Origin: Klebsormidium nitens
Taxonomy: Eukaryota; Plantae; Klebsormidiophyceae
Assembly (NCBI GenBank): GCA_000708835.1
Contig: DF237145.1
Location: 86,010 to 150,009 of the forward strand
Direction: 5' to 3'
DNA length: 64,000 nucleotides
The position numbers were made by a program, and so were the translations under genes. The notes under the pieces are model-generated. The model was not told where the DNA came from, searched no databases, and was given only the letters and a program-made list of their open reading frames with translations. Within the stretch, counting starts at the first letter, position 1. Every line of letters starts with the position of its first letter. Of the stretch, positions 48,301 through 61,367 are shown in pieces.

Positions 48301-51300
48301 AGTGTCGCACTGCCGCTTGCGAGTATCGCCCGGTCTGTGCCGAGCAAACAGTCGCCGTTTTGTTTGGTGTCCTATGTGGAGAACGGCAGGTCTCTGTGAA
48401 CCTGTCCAACCTCCGTTTCTTGACCCGCAGTGCACGGAACGGTCGCTCTGTGTCTGTTCGAAAAGCTCGTTCTGAATTCTTTTAAGCTTTTGGCTTTTGC
48501 CGGGTAGCACTTGCGCCCTCTTCTTTGTATTCAGAATTAGGAGGCCGTCGCCCTTCGGCTTCCTGCTCGTTACGAGCTTTCCGCTCTTCACCAGCTTTCC
48601 ATCAGTACGCTCAATATAGCTGTTTCTCCAGGGATTGAAGCGCTTCGGTTCATATCTCCTCGTTGGTTTGTTTGTTTTGTCGTGTCAAACTACTAGAGTA
48701 CGTGGCTGAGTGCACAAAGAGCGGATTTAGATGTTGCCTGCCAAATTGCACAGGTCGCAAGGCCGGTCTGCCGACAGCAACTGTCAAGCTGTCAGTCAAT
48801 CTACTTTTCGCGCCATGATCAGCTCTTTCTGCGGCAGTCGATCTTACTGGCCCCTCGTTCTCCACAAACATTCACGACTTTCGAAATAAACGAGGAATCA
48901 GTCATCAGTCCTACCCGCAAAGGAAAAAGTTCTATGTATCCGAAGTTAACCAGCTATGCCTCAATCACCGGGACGCCAGTGTAGATCATTTCGACCTGGA
49001 TTTTCTCGCTTATTTGACACCTCTGGTTTAGCATTGACCCCGGTTTTCCCCTCAGTCATGTACAATCACGGAGTCAACCCGGAGCCGAGTCTCAACATCC
49101 TCGGACTCCAGCTCTTCAAAAACTCCCCGGACGGAAAGCTGCTGAAACAGGTGAGACGGCGAAGTGAGATCCGGCGTTTCCGGAAGGGGTTCCCACGCGA
49201 CTGTTGCGCCCTTGGAGAAACTCTAGAGCTTCGATAGTTCCTGGTCGGTTTAATTATATTTTGATTTGCCGGCCATCTCCTGTCCGGTGTTCCACGCGAA
49301 GAGAGTTGGAGACTTTCTCTTAGTAACTTCTGATGCCGGATTTTTCCTCCTCGATTCGCCTTGAGAGCAGAGTCCGAGGGTTCGAGTTCGCCTTCAAAGC
49401 AGATTCCGAGGGTCTGAGGAATCTGTTTCCTCGTTATCAGCCTTAAACCAAACGGCGCCTTTCCTTCAGATACATAGCCACGCCACTTGGGGCTCTTGAT
49501 CCGGCGTTCTTTGATCGTTCATCTTACGACCGCCCTTATCAATTGTCTGGTATAGCTGCGCAGCAATTCGCAAAGCCAGTTCCGGTTGCTTCCGACCTGC
49601 TCAGATTTTAGAAACCCAAAAGAATGGCTCGTCCGAAACTCTAAGACCCCGGTCCGTCCGCGTGCAGACACGTGTCCCTTTGGACGGCCCGACGTACGTC
49701 CACGATCTCATGATCAGCGAGAACTACATGATTACAATCATCCCCCCCTGGTACTCTACTAAAGCCGACCTCCTCCAGGTGAGTGTCTACCGGGCTCTAT
49801 CTTTGCGCTTTCTTACTGATTTGTTGGGCTCTTTAGCGGGCACTCGGATCTGGCACGATTATATGTTTCGCCGCTTTGATGGTATTTCACTCCTGGTAAA
49901 TCCTGAACCCCCCTAGTACTCAACCAAGGCGGACCTCCTTCAGGTAATTCACCACCGGCCTCTATTTGTGCGCCTTTTTGCTAATAATTGGTGACTTTCA
50001 CGGGCACTTGGATTCGTCACTAGTTGTCTCGTCGCGTTTATCCTCTACTTAAAAGGCGATCAAGGCGGATCTTTCGTATTTGGGACAATCTACCGGGCTC
50101 TGTTTGCGCGCTTCTTCGCTGATGATTGAGCTTGGTCGCTGTTTCCCGGGCGCTCATACGGAAAATCGTTATTTGTCTGATTGCTTTCATATCCCCTGGT
50201 ACTCTGTCAAGGCGGATCTCTTCCAGGTGACCTTCTACCAGGCTCTATTGTCACGCTGTTTTGACCAGTACTTAAGCTCAGTCGGTTGTTCCCGAGTGCT
50301 CATATGGTTCCTCTACTTTTTCTCGGCGCTCCCATTTTCCTTCTGGTAATCCCCCAAAGCGGACCCATTTCTGGTGATTGTCTGGCGGGCTCTATTTTCG
50401 CATTGACGGAGTTCGGTTGCTGTTTCCCGGCCGCTCTTCCGGTTCAGCTCTTCTGAGTGAGCGGTGTCAAGGAGAATCAGTAATTTCAGGGCCGGGGCCG
50501 GGGACGCTGTTGGAAGGGGTGACGTGGCGAGGTTTAGGGGCAAAACCCTGGGCNNNNNNNNNNNNNNNNNNNNNNNNNNNNNNNNNNNNNNNNNNNNNNN
50601 NNNNNNNNNNNNNNNNNNNNNNNNNNNNNNNNNNNNNNNNNNNNNNNNNNNNNNNNNNNNNNNNNNNNNNNNNNNNNNNNNNNNNNNNNNNNNNNNNNNN
50701 NNNNNNNNNNNNNNNNNNNNNNNNNNNNNNNNNNNNNNNNNNNNNNNNNNNNNNNNNNNNNNNNNNNNNNNNNNNNNNNNNNNNNNNNNATTACTGATTC
50801 TCCTTGACCCCGCTCTGAGTGGTTGCCAATGCCTTCTGCTGGTTCACCGAGGCGTTTTAATTGCGGATGAAGCCACTCGTACCGGGCCCTTTTCTGTTGC
50901 CTTCCGCGTAGCTTAGTCGCTCACTTCGGGATAATCGTAGGAGCTGTCTCCTTTGTCTTTTTCAGGATTGACCAGAGCGGATTTCTCCTAGGCAGGTCGG
51001 CTACCGGTGTCCCTTCAGCTGCTTGTCATCACCTGTAGCAACTCTCGAATTTCTGTTGCTGACCCATTATATGCAGTCCGCCTCGACACTTTTTGGCGAC
51101 TCCTTCAGGTGGGCTCCCGAGCACGGCAGTATTATCAAAAAACCTGAGGCAAGTTGCGGAATACATTGCGGCGGCCTTCGAACCCCCTCTCCTAACCCGG
51201 TTTTCGCCCTTGGCCTGAACAATTTCGGAAATTCGTCTTGCAAGTGCAAGACAGGATCGACGATTAAACCGAGTCTAGCTTTGGGGTTTCTGCCCGCTAA

Positions 51301-52710
51301 CTTCCTTTGCTAACCCCTTTTTCTGCAGTTCGCCTTGGGCCTGAAAAAATTCGGAGACTCCTTCAAGTGGGTCCCCGAGCGCGGGACCCGCGCGGTCGTC
51401 GCGCGAAAGAGCGACCTCGAGGTGGTGGCTGACGTCAAGCTGCCGTCATTCTCGATGTACCACAACGCGAACGCGTACGAGGAGGACGGCAAGCTGCATC
51501 TCGTCACGTGCCGGCTGGTAGGTTTTTTCTTCGCTGATTCTCAATCTCACGAGTCTGCTTCTTCCAGCCATATCTGTTCGTCGTCCCTCTTTTCTTGCTT
51601 TGCTCTGTTCTTCTCGTCTTCGTGTGTTGCTTTGAACGCTTTGTCTTCCGCTCTCTTTTCTTGCCGGCCGGAAGTCAGATTCCTTCGTTTCATTATGACA
51701 GCCCAGGCTTTTCAAACTGGTTTTCGGACAATAGCTGTGGTTTTCGATCAACTGGTTTTGACTCTCTGTTTGCTGAAAAACAAAGTACTGGTATCGTACT
51801 TCGAAGTACTGAATTGCTTTCTGGAAATCTTAGTGGCCGTACCGACCGATGTAGTCTTCGTACACAATGATGAAGGTTTGTTGTTTCAAAGAGTGAGGAG
51901 AATAACACACCGTCCCGCAAATCATGAGAGTTTCAAGAATGCTTCCAGCTAGCTCGACGTCATTTGTTTGCCATAAGCGGCCCAGCCTCGACCAACACGC
52001 TGGCCGAGCAAGCCAGAGTACTCAGCAGCCCGTCAGTGGATGGAGAAGCAAGTTGTCTCACGTATAAACCAGCCCGCTTATCGCATATCCGTGGCCCCTC
52101 GCAGAACGGCAGCCGCGCCGACCTCGAGACCGTCATGGCGGACCTGTGGGAAAGCACCTGGTGCTGGGACAGCCTGAGTAGCCTGTGGGACTACACCTTT
52201 GACACCAAAACGTGGGCCCTAATCTCCGAGGGCCCCGCCGCGAAGCGCGCCGACGGAACTCCGACTCCCGCGCACGGGCACGATTTCCCGACCATTCACC
52301 CGGCGCTCACCGGGAAGAAAATGCGCTACGTCTACGTGCTGGCGAACGCAAATTGCGGCCGGTTGGAAGCCCCGGTCAGTCGCGGGGGTTACGTGGGCGC
52401 GGCCAAAGTGCCCGGTAGTGACTCCCCGGGCGCGCCCGCGTTTTACAACTGCTACGAAAAGTACGATTTAGAGACCGGGGAGGTGGAGGAATATAACGTC
52501 GGGAGGGCGTCTTCGGACACGGTGTTCGTTCCGAAAGCGGGCGGCGAGAAGGAAGACGACGGGTATCTTCTTGCGGTCGCGTATAACGAGGACCGGCATA
52601 CGTCGAGTGTGGTGGTGGTTGATGCTGAGTCGATGTCTGGGGTGTGTGAGATCGAGTTACCGGTCCACGTCACGACTACTTTCCACGGGTGTTGGGTGCC
52701 AAAGTCTTAG
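45387..52710 (+). CDS. Plastid-targeted carotenoid cleavage dioxygenase family protein, CCD-B
   Basis: The first exon 45387-45774 is S/R-rich and transit-peptide-like. Later exons give GRIPDDLRGTYYRLGPG, HWFDGDGM, ENPSNTA, FSAHPKID, YVHDLMIS, MYHNANAYE, EDDGYLL and TTFHGCW. All four His ligands are present; stop at 52710. Confidence 0.92.
49740..50400 (+). repeat. Tandem degenerate copies (~150 bp period) of a CCD-B exon 3' end plus donor site
   Basis: CCCCTGGTACTCTACTAAAGCCGACCTCCTCCAGGTGAGT...CTACCGGGCTCTAT recurs in degenerate form near 49910, 50070, 50190 and 50345. Confidence 0.85.
50459..50815. mobile_element. MITE-like or non-autonomous DNA transposon in a CCD-B intron (interior mostly an assembly gap)
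   Basis: 26 bp terminal inverted repeats with one mismatch: GAGCGGTGTCAAGGAGAATCAGTAAT (50459-50484) and ATTACTGATTCTCCTTGACCCCGCTC (50790-50815). They are flanked by a 5 bp direct repeat TGAGT (50454-50458 and 50816-50820). Confidence 0.75.
50554..50789. other. Assembly gap (run of N)
   Basis: Undetermined bases; the true length is unknown. Confidence 1.
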
Positions 52711-54387
52711 TAAGAGTGCGTGCCTGAGGTTCAGGCATCGGCACCCCCCGCAGCCGCGGCGGGCCAGCATGCTAAGTGTGATTTGGAGTGAAGTATACTA
52801 GACCGATGGGATCGCTATAGACTGTAACATGTTGCTCGCTTTTCCCCACTTGTTGTTTGGTCGAGTGATAACTGATCAACGCTCAATATTGCTCCATTTG
52901 TATTTGGTAGTTCGAAGTCGTGGCTGATAAACATAAGCGCCCCAGTTCAAGTCTCATTACGGCCAGGCTAGCCGTTGCACAACAGACACTAGCTTGGCAT
53001 TAAGCCTTCATCTGTCCAGCTCGCTTTTCTGCTCGCTATATTAGAAGCTTCAAATTTTTTCTGTGAAATTAGTCCTTGTATAAGTTGTCGTCACTTGGCA
53101 GGATCAAGCTTGCACATGCAGGTCTGAACCGAGTGACCGAGCTGAGTTCTTGACAAAATTGCGAAGTTGGATTAGACGTCAAAACCCGGAAGTTCAGAGA
53201 GGAAGTGAAAATAACGTAGTATACTCGACTTCAGTAAGCTGGCAAGAGTGACTAGGTCGGGCGCGAGCACACGTGACATATGCCTCGATCATACATGTAC
53301 TCGATATGTTGAAGTTGGGCAATTTTGAAACTTCCACATTAATATCAATCCATGCATCATAATGACTCGAGTCTGCGCGGCAAGCACCATTGACCTGCGT
53401 CGTTGTTTTGCAATATCGCATGTGCAGTTGTCGAGTGCATTCCTCAATATACCACACATCGAATTTTCCGATTGCAATGATGACATCCAAATTGCAAACA
53501 GCCCGGGCATGTTAATGTGGTAAAAACGGAGTAGCCGGCCACGTAATCTAAGTAAACTACTCCATGCAAATGATCGTGCACGCGGGATTTTACAGTTTCT
53601 TTGTATACATGAATACGCAACCAACTTTTGATTTTGATGTTTGCTAATGCAAGTAAATGTATCTCAGCAAAAGTAGTCGACAAGAGTGGCATTCATAAAA
53701 GAAGAAGGCTCACATCTGGCTCGCATTTAGCGATTGGAGTCGTGATGCCATGAGAATTCTGGAGAAGGTCTGATCGTTCAAATGAAAAGACCAGCCGTCA
53801 CACTGACCACTGGGATCGATCTTATGGTAGGATAAGCGAAGGTAAGGATTATAATGAGTCTTAATATCCTTATGCACGGCTCTTTTTGACTCGTCTAATG
53901 AATCACTTCGCTGATTACCTGGACCATACCTGCTGAAAAGAATCGGAGCAATTGCACCCAATCGTGCACAATGCCCTACAAGAGCCGCCTGTCCAATATA
54001 CCTACCTACTGAAAGTCTTAACGGTCACCGTAAGCGAATAACGGGCTCGCTTCCAAGAAATCACTCCCCGGGAGTGCCGCTCAATGTGAGCGTTTCAACC
54101 AATGAAGCGGACACCAAAAGAGATATAACTACACCACCTTCCAACCAAGGCGCACGCACCCACTGCCAAACCCCTTGCGCGTCTGACTTTACTACCTCGA
54201 ATCGTTCGGCACGGTGGGCTTGGCGAATCGAACCCAAGAATGGCGAAAGTCAACAAAGCTAATGCATGGAGGGGACCCTGCACGTCACTGTGTCTCGTGC
54301 ATCATCACAACTCCTCGTTCTAGTTCGTGCACGATCTTTTCCCAAAGTTCTTTGCGATGTTTTTCCCAACTCGTGATTTCTTGCGGA

Positions 54388-57300
54388 TTAGAAGGCCTTC
54401 TTGTAGTAAACAACTTCCCCCTCGTCCGGAACCACGTGGTCATTGTTGAAACTGTCGATCAGGGGCTTCACCAAATGAAAGGGCAGGGGGCCCTTGCTCT
54501 TCTCGGGCTCCCGGTAGTACTCCCCGAGCACCGGCTTCACTGCCTCCGTCTGCAACAGCAAGAAAAACATGTGAGATTCAGTCGTCAATCGGATTGATTC
54601 ACAGACATGAGCTGCAACCGTTATTTAAAGCCCATGGAAAGCGCTGATTCCTACCTTCAATTTTCAGAGTTCTTTGGTGTCTGTCCGGAGCTGGCTCCGA
54701 CGCAAGTTTCAATCTCAGTGAAAGCCGACTCCCGTACTGCGAAGCCGCCAGCGACCATGAAAGCACCCTCGAATCCACATCATGCTTTCGCAAACCCGCT
54801 CTCAACCTGAAATCAAAACTTCCACGAACTGGACGAAGCTAAAACTGCTACTGATCCCAACAAGATCACAATAATTCTAAAAGCTTCTCAGATTTTGAGC
54901 GGTTTGCAAAGGCAAGGGAGAAGCGCCTAACACGACATTTGGAGGCAAACGAGAAAGGGCACCCACCGCTTCCTTCAGGTTGTAGTGGGGCATCTGGGGG
55001 AAGAGATGGTGAACGACGTGCGTGCCAATGTCGTGATGGATGTCATTGAAGATACCGTAGTCCCTGTCGATGGTCGACAGCCCACCGCGCATGTAGTTCC
55101 ACTCCTAAATTGAGCCGGACAAGGGGCGTTGAGTTGCGCTCCAGACACAAAGCATCAGTGAACAGGGTCTTCAAACTCACCAGCGGGTGACCCGCTTGTA
55201 GTAATAAGGATTGACGCCAGCAAGCAACGAGGATTTACTGCGCCCACCGAAGTCAATTGGGGGGACTAAGTTGCGGTGATCTTGTTGCTAAACGCACGGA
55301 GATGAAGCGGCCTTCGGGGCCGTGCCAGTAGCAATGAACGGACTGGCTCAGTCTCTCGGATCCTACTCTCCCTTCTGCGCCCCTCCAACTTCAACGTCAA
55401 GAGGACGGAGGAGTATGCCTGTAATCTAGCGCGGATCACTAAGATAAAGGATAGCGAAGTGGAAATGAGCAGACGTAAGATAAACCGGGGAGAAAAAGTG
55501 CCCCCTCAGGCGACCGGAAAGCATTCGGAACGGAACAGCATTCGAAACGGAACAAAATCTTCAGCAGAACAGAGCTCTTACCTCGCCACGATACCAGGGG
55601 ATCTTCTCCTCATACCCGTGGTGGTGCAGGTATGTAACGACATCTAGCCACACAACGTTCAGCTGCAGAAAGGCAGGGGGCGGGTCAGGCACAAGTCATG
55701 AAAAGTAGTCTCCACATTCTGAATCCTCAACTTCGTTCCCAGTACGGCGGTCTCAGCGCTTCGATGGCAGCTGGAACAAAGTCCAGGACAATTGCGGCTT
55801 CTTTCATTGTTGGACACAGAACAAAGTGCCGAACAAGCCCTGCTTCCTCGAAATTTTTGACATGAAACCGGCGAAAGAGTGGGCAAATCCTCAGCCCCCT
55901 TCTCCTTGTCGACTTCGACAGCTCTCCTCGTTGCCCTCTCAGCCGCTGGGAAACTTTGCGCAAGTCACAGATTCAGTCTTGGCAAATGCGCGCGCAGCAA
56001 ACGTATGCTTCGTGGAAGCTTTCGCTAAGGGCAAGGGCTGCGCGCATCTGGGAACGCCTATGAACGTTCCCAACCGGATCCATACAGGCGACAAAACAGA
56101 CTGCACTAACATTGGTTGACGTTGACCCGATACTCACGATGTAGGGGACTATGTAGAGTTTGAAGAGCATGGCAGGGCCGGCCACAACGCCGACGGCCGC
56201 GAGGATCGCAAGCATGCCAACCATGTAGGCGTTGGAGGTGAGGACGTCATTGCGCTCGCTGGGGGTGAAAAGACTGCAGTTGGGGTCGTAGTGGGAGCCC
56301 TCCTTGCCGGGGCTGCGCTTCCACTGTTGACAGAAACGACAGATATCAGGGAAGTGCAGACTGGGGTGTTTCAGGGTTGGCGTACGGGGAATATTAGACA
56401 AGGAACGTGGGATAGGTGAAAATCGCAGGTAAGGAGTGTTGAGAGTTGTCCTTGCTACGGCGGAGCTTCCACTGCCAGCACGAGGAGCTCATTCCGGAAA
56501 CAAGGACAAAAGGTGCGTCAATCTGAGAAGAGCCTACGCATTGAGAAAGTAGGGTGTCGAAAGGTTACGATGAAGTCATCAGACCCGAGGAAAAGGACCT
56601 TCGGGCTCAAGCGAAGAAGACTGGTCGGAAATGGACAGTGACTTACATGTAAAGCAATAGTGTTTCGGATCTAACAAGGAAAGCTAATAGTGTTTCGGAT
56701 CTAACAAGGAAAGCTACGAGTCTAACGAGGAAACTTACGACACATCAACAGTGTCGTGTGTTTCGTGATCAGAGAAAAGCTAACGGGGTCGTTGCAAGAG
56801 TCTGTTAAGAGTGGACCAGAGAGTTAGTCTTTCCTGATTTTCGAAGGCCCCAACACGAGAGAAGCAGGCTTGTATCGGCTCTAAAACGCTGGCACCAAAG
56901 TTCGACCCGGAGATACGAACTTGGATAGGGGTGATGTTCAAGAATGATGCTGATCTTACCTCCTTGCTAGCTGCTTAAGATGCTAGTCGAGTCGTACGAA
57001 ATCATCGTTCACTTTGTAACGACTACCAATCGAAACTGCTCGACTATCATTTGAAATCCACTGAAGTTCCCGCACGAGGGTTTTTGATTTACTACCATAT
57101 TAATGGACAGACGACTGGGGATGTTCAAGTGAAAACCCTGGTTTCTTCCAATCCACTTTGAAAGGACGAAGATACTCGTTTCTGGGGCTAACGACCCCGA
57201 CAGTTGCGTCCCTTTTGAGTGCCAAAGTAAAGCTCAAAGGTGCCTCTAGGCCCCTAATTTGGCGGTGCGTCGAACCCCCAGAGTCCTCACCAAGTACAGG

Positions 57301-60300
57301 GGGAAAGCCAGTAGCACGAAGGGGAGGGTGAAGCGCCCCTGAATGCCCGTCATCTTCTCGGCCATGCTTTCTGTCACCTAGATTAAGCCAAGGCGGCGAC
57401 GGCACACAAAACAAAGTTAGAAACGACACGATGAAATGAGCTAGGAGGCACGCTGCGGAGAGCCGTGCTTACCAGGTAGAAGGGAAAGGCGAACAGAGCG
57501 ATGGGGAAGGTCAGGCGGCCGAAGCGGGCGAAGGGGTCCAGGTCCTTAAAAATGCTTTCGGTGACCTGGGAGTGGCGTCAGAGAGGGGCGTGAGCGCCGG
57601 GCTTCTCTTCTGAGGTGGATACTCAAACCACCTTTTACGAGTGGTTTCATCTCTTCCTTTCAGGAATACATAAGTTCCTTTCAGGAATACATAAGGGCAG
57701 CTTGCGTCTCTCTTCTTCCTCAAACTATCAAAAATAACAGCCTGCCGAATCCTGAGCCGATCAGACACGAAATGATTTCAGAGGTGAGTCTAATCTCTAC
57801 ATTCGCTCCTGCAAACAGTTCCCTCCAAAAGCAATTCCTACCAATCGAACACTGAGCTTCTGACACCCAACAATACAACAGATTCCGACTGGTTGAGCAT
57901 GTAACAATCCACGATGGGATGAACAACAGCTGCCATCTTTCAGTGCTACTCAAGACTTTAACATCAGAATTGGCAGCTTTGGAAAAATCAGACTGATTTT
58001 CTGCCTCCAATCTTGATGCATCCGTCTAACTTACCGGATGCCAGGACTCGTCATTCTCAACGTGGCCATGGTTTTGGTGGTGGGTCCTGTGGCTGATGCG
58101 CCTGCAATGTCAAGAGTTGCAGCAGAATGATCATGCTGAGGGTGTCAACACAGAGTTCCAACATGCTTCTTGTGACTAACTTTTGGCCCGCACAGGCAAC
58201 GCCTAGCACAACTCAAGCCCTTCTGCTCATTTCGTGTGATTCTTTTTAGACCTAACCTTTTCCAGTGGTCATGGTAGCAGTTCCCTGATGGTAGCAGTTC
58301 CCTGATCGAATCTCAGGATTGTGATTGCCGTGCTAAATCTGCCCCCAATACTCCTTTTCCAAACAGTACCCCGTTTGTCAGGATGCATTTGATGCGTGCT
58401 CAGATCACCAAATCTGGTCAGGATGCAAGTCCAGATTCCTTCAGTTAATTAAATGACCTTCGAGAAAGCCAACAAGGTCGTGCCGATTTCCGCATCCTTA
58501 AGCGTTGCAATAAGTAAACGGACATTGATAGCATGTTATGATCAAGAACACAACCTCAACTCCGACGTCACTTGGTCGATCACTTTACTCGCAAAGGGCC
58601 ACGGTAGAAATGAGTAACATGCACCTTTCAAGGTCTCAAGGAGAGAAGGAAAAGGAAAGAGGCTTTAAATAGAAGAAGCAAGAGTGATAGGGTACCAGGA
58701 TCTTACCAGCCGTGATAGGGTACAAGGATGGAGGAGTGGGTGAGGTGGCCAATAAAGTCGTTCAGCTTCTTGTTGCTGGAAAAGCTACCATGCCCGCTGC
58801 AGGTTGAGAATTAGATGGTTGATAACCAAGCCAAGAGTGGACCCTGTGCCAACCGACTGGGCACCGTTGGGTTTGAAAGTTTGGCGCCTTGGGCCGCAGT
58901 TGGGAAACGACAGCATCCAGTCACTGTTCTGACACAGCACAACTCTAGGAAGAACCCCAGAGGAAGTGCGCGGCTTCAAAAGCAGAGTTTCTGCTCTTAA
59001 GAAAATGCTGTCATGACCTATGTTGCTGGCTAAACTCAAGAAAGACAGAAAGATCTTACATACTCAACAACGATGAGAAATCAACTCTCCCTGAGCACCA
59101 AAGTAGTCCACTTGAGGTTTGTATGCATGCGCCTGCTGCCACAGCGTCTGCTTTTTGAGAGACCACTGGGAGAGAAGACTTCTGAACCCCAAGGAGGGTG
59201 CTCCACTAAAGAGATGCCAGCTCTATGCTTACTCTCAAGGGATGAAGAAAGTGATGCTTCAAGCGAACCCTAAGCAATAACCAATCTTACCGTCAAGAGT
59301 CACATCACTCAGAACTTCTCTACAGATCAATCAGAACTTCCAAACTGGGTCCTTTTGAGCCAACACCAAAGATTGTCAAATTGATTTTGAAAGCAGAGCC
59401 ACGAGTTTTTTTCGGCTTGAATGACAATGTTGTCTGTTCAACTTGGCCAGCCACCAAGCTGGTCAATCTAATTATAAAGGATCTCAATACCAGATCCTTA
59501 TCGCTGTTATTTACTCAACCCTCTTGTATGTGTCCACATGCTCTTCCGGGGTTTCACCACTGACACTGCTAGAACTCTCGGGTACCTAGTACTTGGAGCC
59601 CTGACCCCTTACTTCATCAGAGACAGCAGGCAAAGATCCTGCGATAATAAAAACTCTTGTATTTTCCCTTTTGTGCATCTGGAGGTCAATCACCAGTCAC
59701 CTGGTACATGTCTACTAGAGCTCGCCTCAATCATCCCTTCTTGAGGGACTTCATTTTAGTCAGCTAGAAAGGATCGCAAAGCACCCACCACTGCCATTGC
59801 AATCTTTACTTTCAAACTGGCTGTGGAGAGTCCAACTAAATTTTTCCAACTTGCCAAAATTCGCTCACCAGTCATGCCCCACCACAAAGAGCGCCCAGAA
59901 CATGGTCCCCTGCGCCAACCAGTACAGCGGCCATGTGACCCAGCTGTTCACTGCCGCCGCCGCCGCCGCCAGTCCAAAGACCACCAACACATCCCTTGCC
60001 AAATACGTCATTGACCTCAGAGTGTTCTTTTCCCAGCACTGCTTAGGGATGGCGTTTTTGATGTCAGCAAGCGAGAACGGGGGCTTCGCGCCGTAGTCAA
60101 AGCCAGAGAAGGGGGAGGGGTTCTCTTCTTCCGGAGAAGAGGTGATTGAGGGAGAAGGAGGGGCGGCTACGACCATGGAAGGGCCATGGCTAGGTCTGGT
60201 GGAAGGCCTGCAGATGGAGAATCATGAGATGAGGGGCCTGAACTCATTCTGATAGAAGCGCACATGGCAAACAAAAGCGAGTCGAACGAAATCCCTCATT

Positions 60301-61202
60301 TGGGAAGGCCAGAGGCATAGTTGGGGATGATTTCTACAAGAAATATATCAAGAACGAGCTGTTCGTTGCTTCCAGATACAACATCTAGAGTGAAGCTTTA
60401 CACCTGCCTGCTTGGCATCTACATGTAGGCACTGGCCTATATTGCAAGATGAGCAGCAAAGAACAATCACATGGTAGAGTCTCCAAAAATCCTCCTCAAG
60501 TGCAGGGTCTCAGAAAGCCTGTTTCAAACAGTGATGTTGATCGAATGCATTTCAACCCCTCGATCTGCCTCAGCAAGAGACTGAGCAATAGTACGCCCCT
60601 TGCCCAGTCTTTGATAGTTATGTCCACATCATCAGCTTGGAATCTTCCCAGGATATCCTTTTTCAACGTACAGATCTGGTATAAAATGGAAACACACGGA
60701 CCCGAGGAGGAACCAAGGAAGCTAAAAAGCTGCTCCTATTCTTCTTGGACTCCATAGATCTAGAACTTAGATTGTGCTTGGGGAAACCAGCCTCAGCTCA
60801 TGAGTGGAAATGAATGAAAGGACATTCACTTTTGTGCTCCACGATCCTCCTTGGGCGATAATGGAGCCAGAACCATTATCAAACTTTACCATCCCTGGCT
60901 CTCTAAGCTTACCTCATTCTTGCTCAAAATCACAGAATCAGGTCCAAATCAAATTTTGCAAGTCAAAGCAGTGGCAAACCTCAAATGCATCACCTACGAT
61001 CGTTGGGTGGGCACGTAGATCTCAGAGCACCTCATTACCTGAAAGATAACTGCTGTCCCTGGAAGTTAGACTGCAGCAGATTCTGCTTCCTGATTGGAAG
61101 CACAGCAGATCCTGCCACCCCCCCAGTCCTGCATTGCGTTTGGCTCTGCAGCGAGCAAGATCCCAGAGCAGCGGTCCCTGACCGCACAGCCACGGACGCC
61201 AT
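54388..61202 (-). CDS. FAD7: Plastidial omega-3 fatty acid desaturase (FAD7/FAD8-type)
   Basis: Transit-peptide-like exon 61039-61202, then [17 protein letters not shown] and three His boxes: [31 protein letters not shown], and TYLHH...[21 protein letters not shown]. Ends ...VVYYKKAF* at 54388. The core exon pattern resembles land-plant omega-3 desaturases. Confidence 0.95.
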
Positions 61203-61367
61203 TATTGCCGAATCCTCTCAACCAACAACCCCGAATGCCACTGCGGTCCCTACTCCCAGCTGCTCTCCGCTCCTGCAGCGAGGCAGGGGTGCAAAATGCG
61301 GAGGACAAATGTGAAAAGATTGCTAGGTCCGCGTCTTCTGAAGTAGGAATGAGCAATGAATACCGAC

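Noticed and set aside
53050-53900. AT-richer stretch between CCD-B and FAD7 as a transposon relic or small gene
   Set aside because: No TIR, TSD or recognisable protein motif; consistent with convergent 3' UTR and intergenic DNA.
61066-61356. Upstream ORF overlapping the FAD7 start
   Set aside because: The ORF track start is TTG, not ATG, so there is no support for a uORF.
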